From Folioceros fuciformis (lineage: Eukaryota), in the NCBI GenBank assembly GCA_049999805.1, contig JBNGIO010006356.1, positions 410,198-442,613 on the forward strand: a stretch of 32,416 nt of DNA, in the 5' to 3' direction. The notes beneath the pieces were generated by a model. The model made no database searches. It was not told the DNA's origin and saw only the letters and a list, made by a program, of their open reading frames with translations. Both the position numbers and the translations under genes were made by a program. The number at the start of each line of letters is the position of its first letter. Within the stretch, counting starts at the first letter, position 1. Of this stretch, positions 10,976 to 23,950 are shown piece after piece.

Positions 10976-13044
10976 ATCTTAAGCTTGCAGCCAAAAATGA
11001 TCGGCTTGCCTGCCAGATTAGCCAGAACGGCACCCTCTTAACAAACTTCAGCCTGCAACAGCAGCCCACATGAGATCAAAAGGGGGAATACCCAGAGCCT
11101 AGCGCCTGATTGCAGCCCACAAACTCACCAACCCTTAGAAACTTTCACGTTACAAACCTCAACATCATGGTGTAAGGATTCCAGTCACCACTACTGCACA
11201 ACATCCTATGGCCACGAGGACTTGGAAGCAGTCAGAAAGCCATCAGTGGCGGAAAGGTGAACATTGAAATCACAGCTAGTCCGCCATGGTGATCATCAAC
11301 ACACACAGACACCAATTTCTATTCGAAATTCTAGACCGCTCCAGCACCCTGGCAGTGCTCGGTAAGTGAAGGTCGAACCCGAGAAGCAGATGACATAAGC
11401 TTCTTGGTCAATATCAATTCCATTCTAGTGGAGAATGTGAGGGCTCCGTACACATAGTCCTGGAAACCTACCGGAGGATCCGAAGCGAACAGGATCACCC
11501 AGGCAGCTGACATGAACCTGAAACCTGGATCGGCTCCACCTAAACCTAATGGGAGTCAACACCACTAGGAGAAACCAACGTGCTGCTGAGTATTGCAGGC
11601 CCCTGGAAGGGAGCTCAGAGCGGCAACCACGACGTGGTGTACGAATCGCAGCAGAATGCACATTCATCACTAATCGAAGGCAAGGTAACGCACCTTCATG
11701 AGTCCGTTATTGAGTCAAGGTCGCAGTTGCCGAATTAGGCGCAAGCTGTACGGCGAAGCCTATACTGACAGTGCTAGGACTGATTTCGCCCAGGAGGGAA
11801 GGAGTTGACAGACACAGAAGGTGGACAGAGCCAAAACAAGAAGACACAACTAGATGAAAGAAAGGAAAGGGTGGAAAGAAGCCCGAAATCAGGCGCCCAT
11901 GGGCAGCCCAGCAATCTGGGTTAGGCACCCACGGAAGGTATAGGGCCTGGCAATGCGAACACGGGAGGAGGTAGGAGTAATTAAGCTCTTAAGGCAGCCA
12001 AGGCAGACCGTCCCGAGAAAGCCAAGCCCTCCATGCTGCCCCTCAGAGGCGCCCCCTACAGGCAGGTCAAAAATCCCGCCATGTCAGGCTCTGGCTCCCG
12101 GAACCGTGTCCTGACACACGGAGGCAGATAAACGCTCGTCGAGAATACGCAAACCTAGCCCGAATCAAAATGCAGCTGACGAGGGAGCAGGGCCAACAGG
12201 ATGCAATACGAAACGAAGGGGAAGAAGGCAGGGGAGCCGAGAGAAGTTGCCCGCGGCTAGAGAGGTAACAAAAAGAAGGGAAGGAAGAGCAAGCGATGAT
12301 GCAGGGTAGGAGCAGGCTACAGCCTGAAGCGTGCCACGGCAAGGCAATGCGAAGAAGAGCCGCAAGCGGGCAGGCAGACTAGTGGGTCGATTGATCGAAG
12401 ACAGCGGAGCGAGGGAAAACCAGGGTGCTTTGGACGAGGCATCCGGCGACAGGGACCACCGGCTGCAGCCGGTCGTCGGGATGGTCTCATCTGACTTATA
12501 TTACGCGTGATGATGTTTATCTATAGGGCAGCCAATTAGTAGTGGACGTCGTGGTTGAAGGATGCCAGCAGTGAAACGCATCCCTGCGCCGTGGCGCGGG
12601 CCATGTCATCCCGCCACCGTGCGGTTACCGCCGCAGCTACGACGCTGCGGATGAGCACAAACTCGCGGCAGACGGCGTCTCAACTGAAGCGACTTGGACC
12701 ATGTCGCACATGCCAGTGCACGTGCTATCGCCAGGCAGGTGCCCGCCATGTCCCGCTACCGATGTAAGGAAGGGATGGATGCATCAATGGCTGGCTGTGA
12801 TCAATGGATGGATCAGCATGACAGAAGACCGTTGCAAATGGGTCAAGCGAGAGTGCACGGAAGGGAATCAAAATTGTTTTGCTCACAGTAGCTGGCAAGC
12901 AGGCTTGACCGTATTCAAGCAAGGCATGTTGACAGCTGCCTGTTGAAGGGGAGGAATGGAGAACATATGTGGAGTGGAAGAATCGCTAACCTGTCTGCCG
13001 TGATTGCATTCGCAATTCTCGAGCCTACAGTAGTCTGCCCGGTC

Positions 13045-16000
13045 TCACTCCGCAATGCCGTTCGACTCCGCAACCTTGGACTCCGGGTACGAAGCTGAAG
13101 GTTCGGCCACGGGATCTGCGGATGCATGGCCCGCAGCAACAGGATCTGGTAGCACTGGCCCGGAACCCTGAACCTGAGGTAGGTCGGGGGCCGGGGGAGG
13201 TTCAGGGATGACCATGATGGCTGAGCTTGTCGCTATGGCTTCCGGATCGTTGCTGGACGACGACGCACCCACAGCCGCACCATTACTGGCCGAAGCCGAG
13301 CTGGATGCAGCGGCGGCCTCCTTCTTGGCCTCGCTGAAGGGGTGGTTCTTCAGTGCACCGGAGATGTCGTCGTTGGAAGCCCCAGCTGTCTTGAACTTCT
13401 TCACGGCTGCGTCCAGCCGCTCTTGCCAGGACGGCAACCCTAGACGATACTGCAAAAATTGACGTCCAATAAGGTTAGTGACAGGGTGGTTAGTTCTATG
13501 TCTTGGTGACGGCCCGCGGGTTTAGGGTTTTACGTACCTCCACTTGTGAGTGTTCGAACAGGACGTTTCCCCAGAACAGGTTGATCTGGGACCTCATGGC
13601 TGCACCCTGGTCTACCGCATCCTGTCCAGGCTCGCCACCTTCGGGTTCTGGTGGTCCATCCAGTTTCCCTGCGTCTGCCTTTGGGGTTTCCTTCTTGTTT
13701 TTCGATGCATCAGAGTTGGCTGCCCGTTGCTGTTCTTCTAGCAACTCCCACATCTGAAAGCATCGAGGAATGTGTGGCCTCAGTCACGGAGGGAAAACAA
13801 CGTCGATATGGCAGACACTGCGTATGGCTTGCACCAACCACCTCACCTCAGCTGCAGTTCTCATTTGGTCCTCAGCTGTGTGGTAGAGGGCCAGCGTTTC
13901 ACTTGCGTCCCATGTCTTTATGTCTATACCGCTAGCAAGGGCTGAAGCCCATTGCAGCTTGGCACTTTCGAATTTCTCCTGCCCCAAAGCTAGCACACCC
14001 TGCAAAACAAGGCACTACTCCATCAAGCTCGCTGTAATGGAGATGGATGGCAGCTCTTCTTCTTGCCGCCAGGTGATGCATACCTCGTAAAAATCTCCCT
14101 TGATCTTCAAGGCTTCCTCATACTTTTGCCCAGCCAATTTGTAATGACTTTGTGCCCATTCGTATGCGGCCTTCAACTGGGCTGGCTTATCGGTGGAATC
14201 GTCCATCGGGACACGCTTTCGGGCAGCGCACATGAACACATTGCCCCAGTTGAAGAAGGCCAAGGCTGCCTGAATTATCCACACTACAGGTTAGCAGACT
14301 ATCTCTGCCAGTGCGCATGCATCATGAAGCGAAGACAAGCCCACTCATTGCACCCACCACTTCCTGAAACTTAGCAGCAGCAGCCTCAAACAGAGGTTGT
14401 GCCTCCTCACTGGTTACAACTGATTCCAGTGCCTCTGAACATAGCTCCATTCCCAGTTCATGGAAATCGACATGGCCATCCGGGTCTATGCCTGCTTCAC
14501 ACCGAAGTCGATCCCAAGACCTTCAGCTCTGTTTCATGAGAGAATGCCGAAGGACACTGAAATAAGAAAAAACCTACCGACATGGTTGCGGAACAGTTGC
14601 GCGAAATCGAACAACCAGTCATCGATCTCCATCTCCTCACCCACCACCTGTCCGTCCTCGGTTTTCACAATCTTGCCATTCTTCACTTCCACCTTTGGCA
14701 AATCCGTCTTTGGCTTTCCCTCTTCCTCTACCGGAGTGCTCATACTTTCCACTTGAACATCCTCCTCAACCACTTCTGGAAGTGCATCATCTTCTGGAAT
14801 AGGGGGCTCTTGCTCTGGATTCACGTCAACGACGTAGAGCCTCAACAATGCAGGAGACGCAATAGTAGGCTTCTGGGGCACCTCCTGGGATTTCGTTGGT
14901 GAGTAGTTGTTTCCTTCTACCGGAGTTGTCGGTGAGACAGGTTTCTGCGGATCAGGCCCTGCCACAGCAGCTTCTGCAAGTCGAAGCTCCGCCCTACTTG
15001 TTATTGTAATCAGATCATCCTGGTACACCACGCAACAGCCAAGAACATGAAACCCCACTTTTCTGCAACTATGGTGGCGAGCCAGACATTATAGCCTTCC
15101 AGAGTCATTGCCAGGACATACCTCAGAGTCCTTATATTTAACCAACACAGCTTTTGATGATGGAAATTTTTGCCTCACCACATCTCGTAGTTTACCGAAC
15201 CTACGCAACGTCATAGGCAACAAGGGACTGAGCACACTGCAAATAGCACTGAGCAAAAGATACCTTTCCTGTCAAGCATGGGCAGGCTCTCACCCGCAAT
15301 CGATAGGCATTTCTGCAAGCCGGATATCATGGCCATAAATGAGCTTGAGTGGTCTCATGGGTCGAGAATCCACATTCTTCAGAGCTTTGGCTTCATTCCC
15401 ATGCCCAGTAGACCCTTCCTGCCCCTGCAAACTCCTGGGCTTTTGGGGGACCCCATCTGCTGGGGCATCTTTTGCCCCAGCCACCTGCTCTGCCGAGGAC
15501 CCAGCATGTCCCCTGGGCACATCACTTCCCTCATCCAGTACAGTTGCATCTTTATCTGAAAGGGATTTACTAGTCTTCTTCTTCCCCACTGGCTTTGCAG
15601 GGAGGGACGGACCCCTGGCTGCACTTGTGCTGCCAGTGGACGACGCGCTAGTTGTAACTGCAGTTCTACGCCTGGAGTCTTGTTGGACCTCCACCTTCGT
15701 CTCTAACGAAGCCCTTATTCTTTTAATCAAATCAAGACCCTCTTGGTTATTAGGGTCAGCCTGTAGGGACGGGTATCAGTACAACCAAGTGAAAGGAGGG
15801 GGCGGACAAGACACATAGATGCATGCTGGTACAGAAGAAACCTGTAAAAGAAGTTCAGTGTCAGTCAGCGCCAGCTGCAACTTCCCCTGAGCTTCGTAAG
15901 CCCGAGCTCTTCGGGACAGTGCTTTTGCATACTTCGGCTGAAGCTCAAGGGCTAAGGAGCACTCAGCAACCACAGCATCATACTGCACTGGCTTGATTTG

Positions 16001-16411
16001 TAGAAGGCACGCTGCCCGATTGCTGGAACAAGCAGCCGACGTTAAACTCAGAGAAGTACCGATAAAACCGTTGCACAGATTCAGAGGTTGGTAGTCTCAC
16101 CTGTAGAGGATAGCGAGATCAGAGTGTCCCTTGGGAGTCAGTTTGATAGCATGATCATAATTTACCAACGCTGCGCCATAGTTCTTAGACTGAAAATTAG
16201 TGTTGCCTTCCTCCTTCAGCTCGTGAGCTCTCTTCAGGAACTCCTACAGCCACAGCGTTCACACTGCTCTAGCGGAATGCAGAGCTGAACCAGAAAATGA
16301 TAGGGCACACATTTTGAGACTCACCGCATCATCAGGGTCTAATTTAGGTGCAGCTGGGGCAGCCTCTCCTCCCGCAGCTCCCCTCTTTTTTTTCGCTCCT
16401 GCTCTTCCCAT
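13045..16411 (-). CDS. TPR + PB1 (Phox/Bem1) domain protein, PHOX/CLMP1 family; 11 exons
   Basis: Exons 16325-16411, 16101-16243, 15842-16022, 15294-15760, 15122-15200, 14578-15019, 14358-14491, 14084-14269, 13847-13999, 13538-13753, 13045-13449. N-terminus MGRAGAKKK; TPR segment FLKRAHELKEEGN...SNRAACLLQ...ECSLALELQPKYAKALSRRARAYE; PB1 segment RPLKLIYGHDIRLA...AVLVKYKDSEDDLITIT; family motifs EIDDWLFDFAQLFRNHVG, ALAFFNWGNVFMCAARKR, RSQINLFWGNVLFEHSQVE and ALKNH. Confidence 0.93.
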
Positions 16412-16990
16412 CTACAGGGAGCATAAGGTAAGGGGGAGGGAGAAAAAAAAAAAAACACAACGTGACAACACGCTACACGCGCAAAGCACAGGACGACAAA
16501 CCACAAACCCACGCCATTCATTTCCAAGCTCATGACCTAAGCGGCTTCCAACGGGGAGAATTGCTTTCTTGGGCGAAAGAAAACAACTTTGGCTCCCACG
16601 GAGGAAGGATCGACTTGGGAGATCCAATGGAATCTAAGTAACAATTTGAAGAGGCCATTCCGGGGCCAGGCTGGGTGAGACACGCCATGTCCGGATTCTC
16701 ACACAGCAGAGCTGAATCCTCTGTTGCAGCCCACATTCTGCATTGCATATAGCGCACGCATTGGCAGGTCCAGGAGGAAGCGAATTCATTGCAAGGCGCG
16801 GGATTTACCGCGGAGCTGGCTGAGGGCCTCTGGAAGACACGACTCACTCTCCAGGAACTGGAAATTTACGGCAGCATCTGCGAAGGCTGTAGAGGAGGCT
16901 GGGCTCTCAGACCCGCCGGTGCATGGAGCTGCAGCTCCTGCGGCAATCCGCCCGCTGCTGCTGCCCTGCTGCTCCCTAGCGCTTTCCTGC

Positions 16991-17090
16991 NNNNNNNNNN
17001 NNNNNNNNNNNNNNNNNNNNNNNNNNNNNNNNNNNNNNNNNNNNNNNNNNNNNNNNNNNNNNNNNNNNNNNNNNNNNNNNNNNNNNNNNN
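16991..17090. other. Assembly gap (100 N)
   Basis: Run of N. A round length of 100 usually marks a gap of unknown size. Confidence 0.98.
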
Positions 17091-17432
17091 CTTTGGATGT
17101 CCAGAAATTCCCGAGAATGACGCACCCAGTGGCAGGATTCCTGCAGCAAATGGACGAACGGATGACAGGGCATATAAGTAGAGGAGGTCTGGTGACAGGT
17201 GATGAGGCTTTTAGAGTGTGTGGACAAAGAGCTCTCTAGTTAAGATGGACTCTCATCAGCTCCTCAAGGAAAGTACCGTCATCACATGCTCGCATTCAGT
17301 ACCCTTTATGATCGTTCGCTAGTCTATGGTCACCCTTCTTTCTATAGCGTTTATCTTGTCTCTCTCCTGAGCAGCGACCGAGACAAGGCGATTCCGTGCC
17401 GTCTTCTGAAGCTGGCCTGTCCTGTCGGGGCC

Positions 17433-19485
17433 ATGGCTTTGGCTCTTGCTGCTGTAGCGGAAGCGGCAGTCCCTGTATTTGGGATCACCGGCGGCCCGTT
17501 TGCTGGGCTTCCTGGGGGTTCGCATGATCCAATTGCAATGGTTTCCATGGTGGGCTCGCGAGTTTCCATGGCTTCTTCTGCGAAATTCGGAGTCCTTCCT
17601 CTGAGGTTTGGTGGCAAGTGTGGGCGTGCCTTGCGAGTCACGAAGCACGGTGCCGATGGCGAGACGGCCGTGGAATCGGAATCTGGGTCGGAACCACCAC
17701 CAGAAGCGAGACCAGAAGTCGGAGCAACAAGCAGTGGCAATTTTTTGACCTTTCTTTGCCCTTTGCTCAAATTTTTTGGGGTAAGGTCTTCACGGAGAGA
17801 TGTGGTCGTAGTTTGACGACATGGGATTCCGGGGAAGAGGTTTCGCGTGGCCTGGAATAGGGACTGTCACAACTTAGCTGTGATGTGTACCAGCATCGCA
17901 CGGGGACATCCGGATTCGGATCCTGATGATGTTGAGTGTGCAGGGTGGCGACCCATCAGAGCCTCGGAATGTCGTCTTGGAGGTGGGATTCCCCCTGTGT
18001 GGTCACCACTTAGATTAGGAGACCGAGGGTCGGGGGGTTACTAAGGACAAAGAACTTTCCTGACAATGCAGACAGCAACATCCGGAGTGGCAAGCATAGC
18101 CAGACTGCCGTGGGGCTCGAATGTAATTCCCGAGGCTGCAGCAGTGAGGACTGAGAAAGGACAGCCGCCCAAGCTGTTCCAGCTTTACGAGTTTGGTGAG
18201 CACTGCAAGCTGGAGGCGTTTTGAACTGTTATGGATCGAGGAAGGTTTGAGATCTTACTCTCATTTTCAGAGGCGTGCCCATTCTGCAGACGGGTCAGAG
18301 AAGCACTGACTGAACTTGATCTTTCTGCCGAGGTATGCAGGCCAGTAGAGCGTATGCAAATAGTTTGGAAGAAACTGATACACACTAGTTCAGTTGTTGA
18401 ACACGTCTGTGCACTGGTGGCAGGTTTACCCTTGTCCAAAGGGATCTGTAAGGCATCGAGAGTTCGTGAGGAGGGTTGGTGGTAAAGATCAGTAAGAACT
18501 CAAGCCCGGCTGGATGTGTTATCATCGTAACTTTGTGGGGCACACTCTCTCACTTTCGGGTCTATGTCTTCTCCTGAGCAGTGCGTGTACGTGGTATTTT
18601 TCAGGTTTCCTTTCTTTGTGGATCCTAACACTGGTGTTACTCTGTACGAGAGCTGTAAGTACTTCATAGCCTCGTGATTTTGTTCATTCCCTTGGCAGGG
18701 AAATGGCATGAGCCTGGTTGTGGGCATGGTAGGCTGGATTCGGCACTCTTCACGTGCCCTCTAACTTTGGACGGTATGCAGCTGACATCGTGAAATACTT
18801 ATTCCAGCGGTACGGTGAAGGCAAAGAAACATCTGCTGGGCTCCTAGAGAGGTGAGGTGAGGAACTGCCAAGCTCTTGGAGTGCAGGATGAGTTGTTGAG
18901 GTTACGACTTCATGACGAACCCTTGACCACTTTTGCAGCACACTGGTGACTGGTTGGGTACCAACCATTCTTAGGGCAGGTAGAGGCATGGTGCGGTATA
19001 CACAGGCGAAAACCGAGGCCCCTGGTAAGAAGCTGGAGCTTTACAGCTACGAAAACAATCAGGTATTGTTTCCAACAACCTATTTTTCTTCCTCATTCTG
19101 ATTCGTGTTCAAAAGTGCTGTTCATTCCCGCACGTGACTGGGAACCAATCGCCCGTGTTATCTCCTGTGCATTTACAGTTTGCCCGACTTGTCCGAGAAG
19201 CCTTATGCGAACTGGAGCTTCCATATGTTTTGAGAAACGCAGGGAAGGGATCCTCTGTTCGAGCTGCATTGCTAGAGGTTGCAGGCTCCACTAAGGTCAG
19301 CGTCCTCCGGCCATTTGAATTCGTGTCAAGCGGGATCACTTTGTCATCACTAACTACATCCCTGACGCAACAAGCAGGTGCCGTATCTTGTCGACCCAAA
19401 CACGGGTGCAAGTCTGGGGGAATCTCAAGCCATCCTTGCTCACCTGTTCTCGACATATAGCCATGCTGGGCACGTCTCATCCTAG
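17433..19485 (+). CDS. Thioredoxin-fold / double GST N-terminal (glutaredoxin-like) domain protein, probably plastid-targeted (similar to Arabidopsis At4g10000 as recalled); 10 exons
   Basis: Exons 17433-17780, 17944-17982, 18072-18195, 18271-18332, 18424-18491, 18605-18654, 18782-18851, 18939-19062, 19179-19295, 19378-19485. Motifs LCPLLKFFGGGDPS, ARLPWGS, QLYEFEACPFCRRVREALTELDL, FPFFVDPNTG..YES.DIVKYLF, TGWVPTILRAGRG, LELYSYENNQFARLVREALCELELPY and KVPYLVDPNTG. The Ala/Ser/Arg-rich N-terminus resembles a transit peptide. The start codon is uncertain (in-frame ATGs at 17286, 17433 and further downstream). Confidence 0.9.
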
Positions 19486-20235
19486 CCGTGATTCCCGCTT
19501 CAAAAGCCAGAGACGACAAAAGTTAATGGTCTTTTTCACATCAATCCATATTTCCACTCACTCACAGAGTGGGTTTCCTATTTCCCACGGGGAAGGTCAG
19601 AGCACCAATTCCTAGGACACGAGCAGTTCCGAAAGCAAATTTTCGTCCATATTCAAAACGTCCTTCAAATGAACGGGGAAGGAGAGATGGAAGATGAAGT
19701 AGCAACGCTCTGAGAGCAGCAATAAGGACACTATTGCCTTTTGTACGGCGGCCGTGCTCGTACAATGGAAGTAGTACCTTTCCTTCCCCTTGTGGCTGTC
19801 TTGATCTGTCTTGCCGAACACGATTTAAGCACAGTTAGCCCAAACAATCACTGGGTCTAGTTGCCGACACCATGTTCACGTACACCGTGGGCGTGGCCCG
19901 CCATGCTTGGAAATAGCATTCTGTCCTCGCTCTTGTACTAGCCGATGGTACTGGCTTGCGGGAACCAGGATGGCATGGCGTCTGGACAAGCAGGGAGACG
20001 GAAGCTCGCAAAGGGCGGCGCGTACAGACGATAGTACAGCATGGCCTTTCAGTGTGCACTTGCGCGCAAATGGGGCAGCCCCGTGGCCTCAGGGTCAGCG
20101 CGGAGGGCCCAGCGATCGAACTCCGGATCCGCATAAAAGGGCCTGCCGTTGCCTGAAGCCACGTCCCAAGGGCCGCAGCTGCTCACAAGCGAGCAATCAA
20201 GTTGCAATCGGGAGAGAAAGAATCCCGGATTTCTC

Positions 20236-23200
20236 ATGGCGTCGACAGAAGCGGTGACCTTGGTTTTGGCGCTCGCGGTGAAGGTGGCCATCTGGGTCAC
20301 CTTCCTCTTCTTCGTTGGCTACTGGCTGGCTAAGCCGTCGGAGAAGGGCACCAAATTGGACGAGAACCTCATGAACGACGTCATGACGCCCACATTCGGC
20401 ATGGGAGGTAGTTATAACGCGCAGACCGATCCATCGCAGTGTGCAGGGCTCTGAGTTGCTTTACAGGTCTGGTTGGCTGATTGCATGATGGCGAACGGGG
20501 TTGGTTGGTGTGCTTGCGTGCAGCGTCTTGGCAGTTGGTGTTCATGGCTCCGTTCGTAGTCGTTGCGATGCTGGCTGCAGTCTACCTGCAGCTCATCAAG
20601 TTCAAGCAGCCTACCAAGCAGCCCACATGGCATCTGATTCTAAGAGATTCACGGGCGCTTGGAAGTCTGTTTCGATGGTGGGATACCAGCATGAGTCCCA
20701 AAGGCGGCAGGCCACGAGTGAGCTTGTGGACCTACCCGGTGCTCACGAAAGGCTTTCTGGGGATTGTAACTGCGGCCGACCTCATTATCCTTTTGCTCTT
20801 CCTTTTCCTTAATGTGTGGGTTATTGTGTGGTTCGAGACTGTTGGTATTTCCAACATAGACTATGACAAATGGAAGGCCTTTGGCTTAGAGCGTGGAATT
20901 GTTTACACTAGGTACGTGCACACCTGTGGCTGTAGGAATCCATCCTTCTGGAGTGCCAGATTCACTTTGCTTGCAAGCTTGGCTGCCACGGTAGCAATTT
21001 CAATTCGTGAATTGAATTGAACTCCGATTTGTTTGACCCTAGTCATGACATCCGCGTGGACTACACTGGCTACTACTTTGGTGTACTGTGTTTTGTGGCC
21101 ATGGCCTTTCTGCTCTTCCCGGTTTCGAGAGGGTCCACACTCCTCCGTCTGATCAACATTCCCTTCGAGCATGCTGTGAGGTACCACATTTGGGTGGGCT
21201 ACACTAGCATCTTCATCGCTCTCGTGCACGGAGTGATCTACTATTCGTACTGGTACAAGATAGGGCTTTTGGCCGACAAGGTGATTCCCTCATTCCTTTG
21301 AAAATTGAAGGTGTGGTGCTGTATATAGCGTGCACATATGAATGAGACTACTGTACAGTGTAGCTATGCAAGTCGTGATACCAGTGGCCACATGTGAGAA
21401 TGAACGTACGTCCTGTGCAGTGGAAGGAGTGGCCACCGCATCACGAGAACAATTTGGCAGGACTGTTTGCGATAGTGATCGGGTTGATCATAGCAGGGAC
21501 TTCCATACACCAAGTCCGCTCCCGCTTCTTCAACTTCTTTTTCGGGACTCACCAGCTCTACATCCTCTTCCTCGTCTTCACGATGCTGCACATTGGCCCG
21601 AATTTCTTTTACATGATCATGGCCGGCGTCTTCCTCTTCACCATCGACCGCTTTCTCAGGTTCATCCAGTCCAGGAAATCTGCCGGCCTGCTCTCCGTTC
21701 GGGCTCTCCCTGGCAACACCACCCAGCTGAAGTTTGCAAAGCATCCAGGTAGACAATCCATGAACCTGTTGCGGGTTTCATCCATGGCTTTGTCACGATC
21801 GTCGCGTTTTATCCAGCCCTTGGACTGCGACTCAGTTATTCACCTCCTGGACTATGCAGGTCTCAAGTACAGCGCAACCAGCTTTATATTCATCAACATT
21901 CCGGCACTTTCCAGATGGCAGTGGCACCCCTTCACCGTGGTTTCAAGTTCGCTTGCGGAACCCGATCACATTACGGTTCTGGTGAAGAACAATGGCGCGT
22001 GGACAAAGAATCTGGGACAAGTGGTCAGTGAGGTGGTTAACCGGAAGTCCTGTCCATTCAGCTTCTCGCTTTCGGCCAGTGTGGAAGGGCCCTACGGCCC
22101 TGAATCCCTGGACTTTCTTCGGTAAGAATTTCTTTCCACAAACCCTCGAGAACCCTGCCTCCACATCTACTGCTGGCCTTCAAAGTATGACTGCAAGTAC
22201 GTACGTAGTTAAAAACCTGAATTCCTCTTGCAGATACGACAGCCTGATCCTGTTGGCTGGAGGCAGCGGACTGGCTCCATTTATCGCCATCCTTAAAGAC
22301 CTTGCCTACCGCCATGAAACGCAGTCGCCGGACAACTTGCCTTCAGCTGTGACCCTCATCTGGGCTGTGCGGGAAGCTGACGAGTTGCAGATTCTGAACT
22401 CACTCACTCACGACTCCTACTTTCCCAAACGCTGTCCCAGCCTTCAGCTGGACATTCAGACCTACGTGACCAGACAAAGTTCTGCCGATTCAGAAGCGCA
22501 GGGCGCGTCCGGAAAGGACGGCAGGGAATCCTTGTACAACTTCGGAGCGATCTTGGAGCCCGTTTGCCCCGAAGTAGGCAAAGACAGCAACTGGGGCCAC
22601 TTGGCGGTGGTACTTGCGTCCTCTCTGGGATTCCTGCTTATCTGGGGGCTATTTGGGCGATACTGGATCCACTTGGACGTCAGGCACGGGTTCAATTTCT
22701 CTTCAGCTGGCTTGCTGAACCTGCTGGCCATGGTGCTAGGTGTGGTGGTATTCGGTGGGGCCACCGTCTTCGTCTGGGCAGCTCTTTTCGACAAAGCCTA
22801 TAGCCCGCAGCCACTAGTTCGGACCTTGATCCAAGGCATGAAGACAGAGGACGGCAATGGGAATTACGTCTTCCCACAAGCAGGGGTTGAAACAGACCGA
22901 CTTCAGGATGCTGAAGACGCCAGTCAAGCCGCACCCGCAGACGAACATTCCACTCAGCTCGTGAGACTAGCTGAGAACGTCCACTTCGGCCGTAGGCCCA
23001 ACCTCGAAGGTACATACTTCACTAAACAGTCTGTTCCACGTCCAACCTGTTAATTAGCTTAGTCCTCATATTTACTTATGACTAACCTGGGGTAACTGTG
23101 GAATCGAGGCTACTCCTGAAGGCATTCTGGACAAGGCTGCGAAGCGTCTGGCTGGAACCGATGTTGGGGTGATGGTGTGCGGGCCCCCAAGTATGCAGCA

Positions 23201-23294
23201 GAGCGTAGCTGCTGCTTGCCAGAAACACAGCTCCGTACTGCCAGGACGAGCGAACGTTGCTCTGCACTACCATTCCGTCAGCTTTGAGTTCTGA
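20236..23294 (+). CDS. FRO: Ferric reduction oxidase (ferric-chelate reductase, flavocytochrome b family); 7 exons
   Basis: Exons 20236-20407, 20524-20911, 21043-21280, 21421-21748, 21860-22121, 22234-23009, 23122-23294. Motifs LFPVSRGS; heme-ligand His pairs RYHIW..ALVHG and THQLY..MLHIG; IDRFLRFIQSR; FAD motif QWHPFT; VEGPYG; NADPH motif LLAGGSGLAPF; HFGRRPNL; VGVMVCGP; C-terminal HYHSVSFEF*. No EF-hand N-terminus, so it is not an RBOH. Confidence 0.94.
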
Positions 23295-23689
23295 TCTCAT
23301 CCAGAAGATCGGAAGTTCTGCTGAACAATGATTCTTCCACCACGTTATGTAGAAAAACGACAATTCCTGCCACCCAGCTGATCAACATCGACCCTGGTAT
23401 ACCTACTAGGTGCATCCACATGCCAATACCATGTACATAGGAGGATTGGATGCTTGGATCGATACTTGGATTGTTAAGTACCTGTGTACTGGTGTAAGTA
23501 CTTACAACTTCAATAGAAATCATCTTCTTGTTCGTCCCTTCATCCAGTTCCCTTCCTGCTACTCAGCACTTGATAGTGCACAGTTCTAGACGGGGCAGAC
23601 GTCTCGAAATCCCGGCAGGCGGCGAGGCCGGACCTACACATGCTATTACTGCATCTCGTGGGCAGTACGGGCCAATCGGAGCAGCTCTT

Positions 23690-23950
23690 TGGCCTCAGGG
23701 TCAGCGGCGGGCCCCGGATCCCGGATTTTCTCGACGGGATTCCAGCTACAACCATAGGTATGCGGCGTTCGATTTATTGCAGATTGCAAGTTCTGACCCT
23801 TTCAGCACTGAGGACGGGCCTGTTGAGGTGATGGATGCTTGGGGTTACGGTGTACATGTCCTTTCGTGCAGCATCGTGGGAGGTGGTGTTCATGGATCCG
23901 ACTGCTGTTATTGCGATGCTGACTCCGATCTACCTGCAGCTCATCAAGTC
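23690..23950 (+). pseudogene. Truncated, degraded tandem duplicate of the FRO 5' region (upstream sequence, remnant of exon 1/intron 1, start of exon 2)
   Basis: GGCCTCAGGGTCAGCG (23691) matches ~20085. ATCCCGGATTT(T)CTC (~23718) matches 20222-20235, but no ATG follows. 23865-23950 (CGTGCAG|CATCGTGGGAGGTGGTGTTCATGGATCCG...TTGCGATGCTG...TCTACCTGCAGCTCATCAAGT) matches 20517-20601, including the acceptor: ASWEVVFMDP..VIAMLTPIYLQLIK vs ASWQLVFMAP..VVAMLAAVYLQLIK. Confidence 0.85.

Noticed and set aside
5009..16535. Numerous + strand ORFs overlapping the Ataxin-2-like and PHOX genes (e.g. 15339-15818, 10487-10852)
   Set aside because: They are antisense shadows of real exons, with no independent homology or splice support.
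20236..23294. RBOH/NADPH oxidase as an alternative call for the flavocytochrome gene
   Set aside because: No EF-hand N-terminal domain; N-terminal transmembrane segments and motifs match the FRO type.
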